NCBI GenBank assembly: GCA_965263035.1
Contig: OZ253580.1
Coordinates: 5,120,001-5,184,000 of the forward strand
Reading direction: 5' to 3'
Length of the DNA: 64,000 bases
From: Acidobacteriota bacterium
GTDB taxonomy: Bacteria; Acidobacteriota; UBA6911; RPQK01; JAJDTT01
A program made the position numbers and the translations under genes. A model generated the notes under the pieces. It made no database searches. It was not told the origin of the DNA and worked only from the letters and a program-made list of their open reading frames with translations. Shown piece by piece: positions 28,793-36,761 of this stretch. Each line of letters opens with the position of its first letter. Position 1 is the stretch's first letter.

Positions 28793-29240
28793 CCCCTTCT
28801 CTCTCCCCCTATAGATCCTGTTTCGATTACCCTGGATAGATTCAGGCAGAGAACTATCTAGCACTGTGCATGCGTTAGGAAAATACCTTCCGCACACACA
28901 GTCCTGTTCCTTGTCTGAATCTATGATCCCGCTCCGATCAGAGCCTATCAAGACCCAGGCAGAGACCCAAAAGTTGTGGATCTCATGGCGTCAGCTACTT
29001 TATCGCGGAGCAACTTCTCACACGTCATGCTCCCCTTCCGACGCTCCGAACTGGGGAAGAATCCTAGTGCATGATGCACGGCAGTGGATTCATTTTTTGC
29101 GGATTACTTACTTCCTCGATCCCTGCCGCCAAGCGGTTCGAGAAAGGTGCAATGTCACGCCCGCTCCAATCTTGAATCCAGCCTCAAGACTCCGAGTGGA
29201 TCAGACCCGGTATCCCAATCGCCTTAAGGCTGGATTCGAT
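28793..29240 (-). ncRNA. Candidate highly structured non-coding RNA (about 410-450 nt)
   Basis: Extended -10 just upstream; about 9 consecutive hairpins whose non-Watson-Crick pairs are mostly G-U on the minus strand; ends in a purine tract. Confidence 0.55.
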
Positions 29241-29246
29241 GGAGGG

Positions 29247-29255
29247 AGTATAGCA
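29247..29255 (-). promoter_or_regulatory. Extended -10 promoter of the candidate ncRNA
   Basis: TGCTATACT; predicted +1 near 29240, 3 nt before the first 17-bp stem. Confidence 0.5.
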
Positions 29256-29330
29256 GATAGGTCTGTAAAAAAGAAGCGTTTTTCCAACTTTTTATCATAC
29301 CATTGTAAATTTAATGCTCAATGCCGAGGC

Positions 29331-29359
29331 TTGACACTGGAAAGGGAATTTAGTACAAT
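29331..29359 (+). promoter_or_regulatory. Near-consensus sigma70 promoter pointing out of the element's right end
   Basis: TTGACA-N17-TACAAT. Confidence 0.7.
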
Positions 29360-29370
29360 AGGCGAGTAGT

Positions 29371-29404
29371 AGGGAACATACTGGTTGGTGTAGAGATGCT
29401 CGTC
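29371..29404 (+). other. Right attachment site, 34-bp lox-like
   Basis: AGGGAACATACTG GTTGGTGT AGAGATGCTCGTC; core CTGGTTG at 29381-29387. Confidence 0.75.
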
Positions 29405-30212
29405 CGGAGAACCGGTGGTAGTTGAGCCAGACCGGATCGGTCCAATTCAGAAAATCCTGGGAAGTTCCGGTCATGACGTCCCGGATACCCTTGGTTCTCG
29501 GCTGATTCTCCGCAGTCTGCCTGAAGTCGCGGTGGTATTCGCGGTACTCGTTTCTGACCGAATCCCAGAAAGCCAGGTTCTGGGAGTCGAAGTAGCCCTT
29601 GGTGATAACCGGGCGGTCCGCCATCAACTCCCAGTGGATGGCGTCGGCCGACTTCCAGGCGTAGAGTCCCCATTTACGGCTCAAGGAGAAGGCCTTGTAG
29701 CGCGCGTCGGGCGAGGCCGCCGGATTTGCGTCCTTGAAAGGGACGAAGTTCCGAATCGTATCCCCGTTTGGGAGCCGATCCAGGAGGATGTTGTTCCGCT
29801 TCGACCCCTCGAACTCGACCAGGCCCAGTTGGGGCCGGTACCAGTGGATCCCGTCCAGACTCTCGGCGTAACAGGTCACCTGCCGGCGTGGGAACTCGAG
29901 CTTCTTCCCGGTCACGAAGTGCCAGCCCCGGTAGTACATGCGATAGCGGTTTTCATCCTGGAAGATAGTGAAAGTGAAGCAGGCATTCCCCTCCCACGGA
30001 CGATCGGTCACCAGGGCCACTCCTTGGGGAATCGGGCGTTGCAACCGGAGTCGAGCCTCGCCCCGGAGTTCTTCCACCAAGCTCGGTTCCACGAACAACT
30101 CCAGCCGGGAACCGATGTCCAGGACCTCCGAGTGGAGGCTCCAGCAGAGCATGGGGAAGAGCATTGCGAGGATCCGCGGCCTACTGAAAAGCGACGTCAA
30201 GGTCCGGTTCAT
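29381..30212 (-). pseudogene. 5' half of the split glycoside hydrolase gene (also has a +1 frameshift near 29416)
   Basis: MNRTLTS signal, ELFVE, DRPWEG, CYAESLDG.HW.RP, FDSQN.AFWD; GSPDEHLYTNQ lies in a shifted frame. Confidence 0.85.
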
Positions 30213-30232
30213 TCCTGTTTCTTCCTTTCGCT

Positions 30233-31738
30233 TCAGTCCGAGGTGCGGGCCGGGAAGATCCGCGACAGCACCAGAGCCGATCCGAACGTGATCAGCGAGG
30301 AGACCGGGATCACCCACATCCAGGCCAACCGGGGGAGGCCGAAGAGCCAGTGGCCCTGGGCCCAGACCAGGCCCGCCGACATTCCCGCCAGCGCCGATAA
30401 GATGACCGCCCGGCCGCTGGCCGGAACCTTCAGTATGGCCAGAAACATCATGGCCCCCAGAGTGCCCACCAGGAAGCTGCTGATGCGACCCGTCAGGTCG
30501 AAGAGGTTCCCCCGCTGATCGTCGGGAATCGAATCCAGAAGGAAGCAGGTCAGTATGGCCACGACTCCCGCCGCCACGGTGACGGCGCGCGCCAGGATCA
30601 TCTCGGCGCGGGGACCGGCAACCGTCCTGCGCAGGCGCCTGTAGTAGTCGGTGATGATCACGGACGAGATGGAGTTGATTCCCGAATCCAGGCTCGACAT
30701 GGCGGCGGAGAAGAGGGCGGCCACCACCAACCCGGCCAGGCCCCGGGGGAGGACGTGGCCGATGAAGTGGGGGAAGACGCTGTCCGTGTCCGCGGGGAGA
30801 TGGGTCCGGTAGTAGGAGTAGAGAGCCATGCCGCACAGGCTCAGGAGGAGGGTGATGACGACGCTCGCCGTCAGGTTGCAGGCGAAGGAGCGGCGGGCCG
30901 ACCTGGCCGAGTCGGTGCTGAGGTAGCGTTGCACGGCCACCTGGTCTCCGGCCGCGGTGCAGATCCACCAGAAGAAGGTCCAGGTGATCATTCCGAACCA
31001 GCTCAACCGGACCGTCGGATCGAGGCTGAAGAGCGGTTGCGGTTCCATCTCAGCCGCCGCCATTTCCTGGTACCAGGTGATCGGTCCGGTCCCGGCGTCG
31101 AAGGCGATGTAGCCGATGGTGAAGAGGGCGCCCCCCAGGAGAATGAAGAACTGGACCACGTCGGTCCAGATGACGGCGCGGATTCCCCCCAAAGTCGTGT
31201 AGAGGGTTCCCACGGCCGCCACCCCCAGGACCACGGTCGCGAAGGGCAGGCCGCTGATGGTCGCCAGTGCGCCGGCCGCCGTGAAGACGATGGTGCCCAT
31301 CCACGCCAACCGGATCAGGACGAAGATGGAGGCCCCGAAGAGGCGCGTGGGCAGATCGAACTGCCGCTCCAGGCATTCGTAGGCCGAGGTGATCTTCAAT
31401 TTCATCAGGAAGGGGACCACCAGGTAGCCCACCAGTACAAAGACCAGGGGATAGGAGAGCAGCTGCGAGTTGGCGCCCAGGCCGTGCTTGATGATCTCAC
31501 CGGGGTGGGAGAGATAGGTGATGGTGGAGATGATCGAAGCCAGCAGGCTCAGTCCGACCGCGAACCAGGGCATGTTCCGCCCCGCCAGGAAGTACTCCTC
31601 GGTGTCGCTCTGGCGCCGGCTGAAGTAGTAGCCGAGGAGGACCACGGCGGCCAGGTAGAGGAGAATGGCCGCGTAGTCGATGCCGTGGAGCCCCTGAAAT
31701 CGGTCGGGCGGACCGCCCAGGGCCAGCAAGGTGCTCAT
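30233..31738 (-). CDS. Sodium:solute symporter (SSS/SLC5 family)
   Basis: EEYFLAGRNMPW, YTTLGGIRAVIWTDVVQ, DQVAVQRYL, AAMSSLDSGINS. Confidence 0.9.
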   Translation of the reverse strand: MSTLLALGGPPDRFQGLHGIDYAAILLYLAAVVLLGYYFSRRQSDTEEYFLAGRNMPWFAVGLSLLASIISTITYLSHPGEIIKHGLGANSQLLSYPLVFVLVGYLVVPFLMKLKITSAYECLERQFDLPTRLFGASIFVLIRLAWMGTIVFTAAGALATISGLPFATVVLGVAAVGTLYTTLGGIRAVIWTDVVQFFILLGGALFTIGYIAFDAGTGPITWYQEMAAAEMEPQPLFSLDPTVRLSWFGMITWTFFWWICTAAGDQVAVQRYLSTDSARSARRSFACNLTASVVITLLLSLCGMALYSYYRTHLPADTDSVFPHFIGHVLPRGLAGLVVAALFSAAMSSLDSGINSISSVIITDYYRRLRRTVAGPRAEMILARAVTVAAGVVAILTCFLLDSIPDDQRGNLFDLTGRISSFLVGTLGAMMFLAILKVPASGRAVILSALAGMSAGLVWAQGHWLFGLPRLAWMWVIPVSSLITFGSALVLSRIFPARTSD

Positions 31739-31775
31739 GGCCCGGTTCTCCGCTTGGAGCCGCGGCTATCAGCCA

Positions 31776-33188
31776 TCAACCCTCCGGCCCGCCGTAGCAG
31801 TCCGTGGTGAAAGTCCCGCGAGCACCGAGACCGTTCCTGCGCCCGCCGGACAAGGCGCGATGAGGGAGCATACCGGGAGTATGTGACCGAATCGCAACGC
31901 AGTCCGCCGGGATGCAGGGACGGTCGAATGCCGTGACGACTTTTGCCACGGGCTGGTAGAGCCAGTCCCTGGTGACGATCTTGATCTTGGTGGCATGGGC
32001 GCGGTCCAGACGTCCGGTTCCGTATCCGTAGTCATAGGCGAAGACGACCTCGTCTCCAAGGAAGGCGACCGTGGCGTAGGCGCAACGCAGAGGACCCGGC
32101 GCCCGGAAATAACGCTTGCGGCCGCTCGGTTGCCGGTAGCCGGAACTCCGGGTCACTTTCGCCTCGTCCGGCGGAGGGACGTAGACCGTGTCGTCCAGCG
32201 ACTCCAGGTTCCGGTGCAGCTTCCAGCTCCGGGCCTCGTCCCGGGAGACGGCGCACGACAGGCGGTGGCGGGAGAGGCCCAGCTCCACTTCCCGCGGCGA
32301 CGCCTGGTTCCAGACCAGCAGCAGGTCCCCGGTGGAGGGAATCCTCACCAGGGTGCAGGGCGCGTACGACGCGGCGACGCTCGTGGGCTCGGGAACGGAC
32401 CAGGAAACCCCCTGATCGGAGGAGAAGCTCTGGTAGAAGCGTCCCAGGGCCGTCCGTCCGTACATGAGAATGCGGCCGTCGAAGAGCTCCTCGACCACCG
32501 GTTCCTCGAAGTGGTGGGCGCCACGCTGCATCTCTTCCAGGATCAGGACCGGTTCCGAGAGGCTGCGCTGCCAGGTCCGGCCGTCGTCGTCCGAATAGAC
32601 CGTCCAGCTGTAGCAAAGACCCTTTCCTCCCTGCTCCGACTCCCGGCCGGCGTACGAACTGACCCAGGCGAAGAGGGGCGCCAGAATCCGCCCCGATTTC
32701 AGGACCCGCACGCTCCCGTTGCGGCAGACGGCGAATCGCGGTTCCAGGACGGTGGGCGTGGACCAACTCTTTCCGCCGTCGTCGGACCGGCGAAAGAGGA
32801 CGGTCCCGTCGCGGCCCGATCGAACGTAAGGCCCCCCGTAGACCAGCCCCAGCGCACCCGACGGCAGATTCAACAGGGTGTGGTGGGCCGTATTGCGCCC
32901 GGTGGGGATGCGGGCGCCGTCCTTTTGCCGCAGCGCCTCGGCGCCGGTCCACGACCTGCCGCCGTCGCTGGATGTCTGTCCCACCAGGTGGCGGTCCTGG
33001 CCGAAGAGGAGCCAAAGACGCCCGTCCTCCAGTTGGGCCAGGGTGGCTTCCTGGCTCCCGGCGCGAGAGGGTTCGATGGCGATCCCTTCGAACCGGATCC
33101 CCGGACTCGGCCTGGAGTAAAGCTGCGCCCAGACTCCCGCGCCGGCCCCGAGAGCCGACTTCAGGAAGCTCCGGCGCGGTTCGTCCAT
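31776..33188 (-). CDS. Sialidase/BNR (Asp-box) family protein, Tat signal; C-terminus extended by an in-frame MITE
   Basis: RRSFLK; Asp boxes SSDGGRSW, SDDGGKSW, SDDDGRTW, SSDQGVSW, SRDEARSW. Confidence 0.85.
   Translation of the reverse strand: MDEPRRSFLKSALGAGAGVWAQLYSRPSPGIRFEGIAIEPSRAGSQEATLAQLEDGRLWLLFGQDRHLVGQTSSDGGRSWTGAEALRQKDGARIPTGRNTAHHTLLNLPSGALGLVYGGPYVRSGRDGTVLFRRSDDGGKSWSTPTVLEPRFAVCRNGSVRVLKSGRILAPLFAWVSSYAGRESEQGGKGLCYSWTVYSDDDGRTWQRSLSEPVLILEEMQRGAHHFEEPVVEELFDGRILMYGRTALGRFYQSFSSDQGVSWSVPEPTSVAASYAPCTLVRIPSTGDLLLVWNQASPREVELGLSRHRLSCAVSRDEARSWKLHRNLESLDDTVYVPPPDEAKVTRSSGYRQPSGRKRYFRAPGPLRCAYATVAFLGDEVVFAYDYGYGTGRLDRAHATKIKIVTRDWLYQPVAKVVTAFDRPCIPADCVAIRSHTPGMLPHRALSGGRRNGLGARGTFTTDCYGGPEG
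31798..31955. mobile_element. 158-bp MITE, copy 1
   Basis: Terminal inverted repeats CAGTCCGTGGTGAAAGTC / GACTTTTGCCACGGGCTG; GTAG target duplication; one difference from copy 2. Confidence 0.9.
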
Positions 33189-33608
33189 TTGTCTAGATCC
33201 TTCGGGCACATTACCAGTTCCGGTTCGATGTGGGACTCTCACCATTGACGGTTCGATCTCCGTCTCCCTGAGAGACTGTGAGGCTCGCAAACGAATCCAT
33301 TCAATTCAATGTGGCCCTGTGTAGTCGGGGGCGTGACTATCAGCCGTGCCAAGCATAATCTGCTGAAATTGTTCTTGCTGCCGATCCCGGATCGTGCCGG
33401 CTCGCAAGGACGCACGGAGGTCAGCAAGGCCGCCTCTGACCACGGAACTGGCTCCCCGCAGATCGCTAAATCCTCGGGACCCTCAAAGATGAAGTGCCGG
33501 TTTGAACTCAGCTGTCAAGAGCAGTAGCCTGTCCAGGACTTCTGGATGCTCTGACGGTCGTGTGTCCGGGCGTTCGAGAACGTGATTCCGCGAGCTGCTG
33601 TGGAGAGG

Positions 33609-34751
33609 ATGATGGGAGAAACCCAACACCGGGAAACACCTGAAAAAGAGTTTGTTGACCACTGGCACGAAGAAGATGTAGATATCCTCGATGAAGCTGA
33701 GGAGGTCATTCCCTACATGTACAGCATCACTTCCTATGGTGCTGACTACCCGGTGGACTCCCTCGTAAAACGACTCGAGTCCGGCGACATAACTGTGCCG
33801 ACATTCGACTGGGTTTCCGAAGAAGACACTGATGTCGTAGGATTTCAACGCGAATATGTATGGTCGAGGCCGAAGGCGGACAAGTTCATAGAGTCCCTCC
33901 TCCTCGGTCTGCCTGTTCCCGGTATTTTTCTGGTCAAGGAAGCGAAGGGGCGCTTACTGGTACTGGATGGGCACCAGCGGCTTCACACCCTCCACGCTTA
34001 CTACAAAGGCGTCATAAATGGACGAGAATACCGCCTCCAAAACGTACAAGAGCGTTTCGTGGGATTGCGTTTCCGGGATCTGGATATGGAGGACCGTCGT
34101 CGACTCGATGACAGCATCATTCACGCCACCGTCGTCAGGCAGGACGAGCCGACTCAGGACCAGAGCAGTATCTACATAATCTTCGAACGTCTCAACACTG
34201 GAGGTGTCAACCTCCAGCCACAAGAGATCCGGGTGGCGCTCTATCATGGGGAACTGGTGCGGGTTCTGAAGAGCCTCAATGAAGAGCAGGCATGGCGAGG
34301 ACTGTACGGCAAGAAATCCAGACGCCTGAAGGACATGGAGATGATCCTCCGATTCTTTGCCTTCTACTATCGCGCCGATCAATATCGCAGCCCCATGAAG
34401 GATTTCTTGAATCGCTATATGGCCGAGAATCGGAACCTCGGCAGGCAGTCCGAGGCAGAACTGCGAGAGGTCTTCTCCAAAACCACTTCAGTTCTGAATA
34501 GCACCCTGGGACGGCGGGCATTCCGACCCAAGAGAGCTGTGAACGCTGCTGTCGTGGACTCGTTGATGACGGGTGTTGCCAAACGTCTCAGGTCTGGAGA
34601 GATACGGGAGGCTGCCCAATTCCGGGATCGGTACAACTTGCTACTCGCAAACGAGGAGTACATCGCGGCCACTGAGACAGGGACTTCGCAAGACGCTAAC
34701 GTCAAGGCCCGAATGAGGCTCGCGAAGGATATTTTTGTGGATGTCAAATGA
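33609..34751 (+). CDS. DUF262 (ParB/GmrS-like) domain protein
   Basis: FQREYVW, FIESLLLGLPVPGIF, VLDGHQRL, IFERLNTGG; RBS GGAGAGG. Confidence 0.85.
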   Translation: MMGETQHRETPEKEFVDHWHEEDVDILDEAEEVIPYMYSITSYGADYPVDSLVKRLESGDITVPTFDWVSEEDTDVVGFQREYVWSRPKADKFIESLLLGLPVPGIFLVKEAKGRLLVLDGHQRLHTLHAYYKGVINGREYRLQNVQERFVGLRFRDLDMEDRRRLDDSIIHATVVRQDEPTQDQSSIYIIFERLNTGGVNLQPQEIRVALYHGELVRVLKSLNEEQAWRGLYGKKSRRLKDMEMILRFFAFYYRADQYRSPMKDFLNRYMAENRNLGRQSEAELREVFSKTTSVLNSTLGRRAFRPKRAVNAAVVDSLMTGVAKRLRSGEIREAAQFRDRYNLLLANEEYIAATETGTSQDANVKARMRLAKDIFVDVK

Positions 34752-35230
34752 CGGGTCGAGCTGAAGTTTCCATGATGAAGCAGCGGCTCGATGCGACATT
34801 CGAGCGAGTGAAACGCGTCACCCCGGACCTTGAATTGCAGGCGGACTTCGCCAGGTACCTATGTGTGTTGGTTTCCGGCTATATCGAAAAGGCTGTTGTT
34901 GCGTTTGTTCTGGAACATGCGCGCCAAAGGGGCGGGCCGACATTGCAACGGTTTGTTGAGCAACGGACGAAGAAGTTCTCGAGCGCGAAGGCCTCACGTG
35001 TCCAAGAGTTGTTGGGCAGTTTCGATCCGGCATGGCAGCAGGAGCTTGGGGAGTTCCTGGTCGACGAACGTAAGGACGCGGTCGACAGTATCGTGAGTCT
35101 GCGAAATGTCATCGCTCACGGAGGTTCCGTCGGGCTGACCTACAGCCGCGTCCTTGAGTACTACGAGCATGCACAACGCGTCGTAGACCGGGTGGGGGAA
35201 CTTTGCGTTCCTGGCGCCGACAGTGGCTGA
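34748..35230 (+). CDS. HEPN domain protein (RiboL-PSP/MAE_28990-like)
   Basis: SGYIEK and LRNVIAHG (RxxxxH); ATGA overlap with the DUF262 gene. Confidence 0.8.
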   Translation: MTGRAEVSMMKQRLDATFERVKRVTPDLELQADFARYLCVLVSGYIEKAVVAFVLEHARQRGGPTLQRFVEQRTKKFSSAKASRVQELLGSFDPAWQQELGEFLVDERKDAVDSIVSLRNVIAHGGSVGLTYSRVLEYYEHAQRVVDRVGELCVPGADSG

Positions 35231-35297
35231 GCCAGCAATCTTCCACGCCGGTACCCAGGATCGACTTCAGGAGGTTTCGGAGGGGTCGTTCATTTGC

Positions 35298-36605
35298 CTA
35301 CCCCTCGTTGGCCCGGAGGACGCGCAGAAAGTTCCCACTCAGGATCTTGACGATCTCCTCTTCCGAGTATCCCCGTTCCAGCAGACCGCTGACGAACTGC
35401 TGGTAGAGCCACGTATAGTCTTCCCGCCTGATGTCGGTGTCGGTTCCGATGCTCACGTGGTCGATTCCAACCAGCTTCACGATGTAGTCGATGTGGTCCA
35501 GGGTGCCTTCCACGCTGGCCCCTTGGGTGATGATTCCCGACCGTGGCCGGACTTTGTGGAGGTTAGACAGAGGCTCCAGATCCAAGGCCTGGAGAGCTTC
35601 CTGCGTCTCTGCCGGGTTGCGTATGGCCGCAGCCAGCCGGAAGGGATCCGGATAACGTTCCAACAGATAGTTGTTCACCTTGGCCATCGTGATCCACGCT
35701 CCCGTCTTGCGGATCGGTTCGAGGTGTTTGGGGTCGTACATGGCGCCGACGGCGATCAATCCACCCTTTTGGGCCAGTGCCTTGATCTGATCGTCGGTGA
35801 GGTTGCGAACCGCATCGACGACACCCCGGGCCCCCGAATGGGACGCGATGACCGGTTTCTTGGAGGCCTCGATGGCCTCTTCCATCGTCTGGTCCGAGGA
35901 ATGGGACAAATCCACGAGAATCCCCAGGCGGTTGCACTCCCGCACCACCTCCAGACCGAAGTCGTTCAGTCCCAGGTCGTCATCGTCCAGGATCCCGGAG
36001 CAGGCATCGGCCCAGGAGGCGGGGAACGCATGAGCGAGCTCCAGCCGCCTGAGGCCCAGCTTGTGGTAAACACGAAGGGTCGCCAGATCCTCGACCACGA
36101 TGCCGCTGTCCACGCCCAGCATCAGGGAGAGCTTGCCTTCCGCACGGTAACGTTCCAAATCTTTCGCGGTGCGAGCCAGCTCCACCTGGGGGTGAGCAGA
36201 GGCCGTCTCGTGGACAGCATCTATTTCCCAAAGGAAACGCTTGACGGCGTCCGCTCCGGTAAAGACGCTGTGAGCTATGACATACCCCGGCGGAGGGGAG
36301 GTGTACCAGTAGTTACTCAGGTCTCCCACCAAGAGCGCCTCGGTGACGGTGCCGACGCCCAAAACGGCCACGTCGATCCCATCCGCCAGCAGAGCCGCCG
36401 GATCGAAGGGGGTCTCCGGCTCCTCGGGAAAGCGGAAAAATCGCGTCGTGACCGCGGGGTCGACGACCATGTGCCGTTGGAGAATCGCGCCGGCTGGATC
36501 CGCTGCCGGGGCTTCGGGAGCGGGACCGGTGCAGGCCGCGCCCAGGAACAGGACGGCCGACACGGCTCGTAAAAGGATGGGAAACCGGCTTCCGTTCGTT
36601 TTCAT
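35298..36605 (-). CDS. Membrane dipeptidase (M19) family lipoprotein, paralog 1
   Basis: LGAAC lipobox; GLNDFG..VVRECNRLGILVDLSH, PVIASHS, HIDYIVKLVGIDHV.IGTD, KILSGNFLRV. Confidence 0.85.
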   Translation of the reverse strand: MKTNGSRFPILLRAVSAVLFLGAACTGPAPEAPAADPAGAILQRHMVVDPAVTTRFFRFPEEPETPFDPAALLADGIDVAVLGVGTVTEALLVGDLSNYWYTSPPPGYVIAHSVFTGADAVKRFLWEIDAVHETASAHPQVELARTAKDLERYRAEGKLSLMLGVDSGIVVEDLATLRVYHKLGLRRLELAHAFPASWADACSGILDDDDLGLNDFGLEVVRECNRLGILVDLSHSSDQTMEEAIEASKKPVIASHSGARGVVDAVRNLTDDQIKALAQKGGLIAVGAMYDPKHLEPIRKTGAWITMAKVNNYLLERYPDPFRLAAAIRNPAETQEALQALDLEPLSNLHKVRPRSGIITQGASVEGTLDHIDYIVKLVGIDHVSIGTDTDIRREDYTWLYQQFVSGLLERGYSEEEIVKILSGNFLRVLRANEG

Positions 36606-36761
36606 GGGTAAGTCGCCTCCTTTGACTGGTCCGGTCGGCAGTGTAGTGGAGTCATTCTGGAAAGGCATGGCCCGCTCCGACATCCGGTTCCGGTTGGGAT
36701 TCGGGGGATGCATGCACGAGCGTTTTATTGAGGGTGAGTGCGGCGCGGTCGTCGCATTGGC

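Larger units (their letters stand above)
17156..29387. mobile_element. Integrated capsid-encoding phage-satellite-like element (cf-PICI-like)
   Basis: CTGGTTG direct repeat at both ends; removal restores LYTNQIIPYH of the host gene; visibly lower GC; integrase plus head/packaging genes; no tail genes. Confidence 0.85.

Noticed and set aside
28866-29369. 167-aa + strand ORF at the element's right end
   Set aside because: No RBS or recognisable motif; overlaps two promoters and the hairpin array whose G-U bias favours the opposite strand. Not fully excluded.
17156-29387. Complete or merely decayed prophage
   Set aside because: No tail, lysis or replication genes or remnants; both att sites and all head genes are intact.
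29295-30968. 557-aa ORF as given in the track
   Set aside because: The N-terminal part overlaps the SSS gene in another frame; the real start is 30212 and the tail runs into the element after a frameshift.
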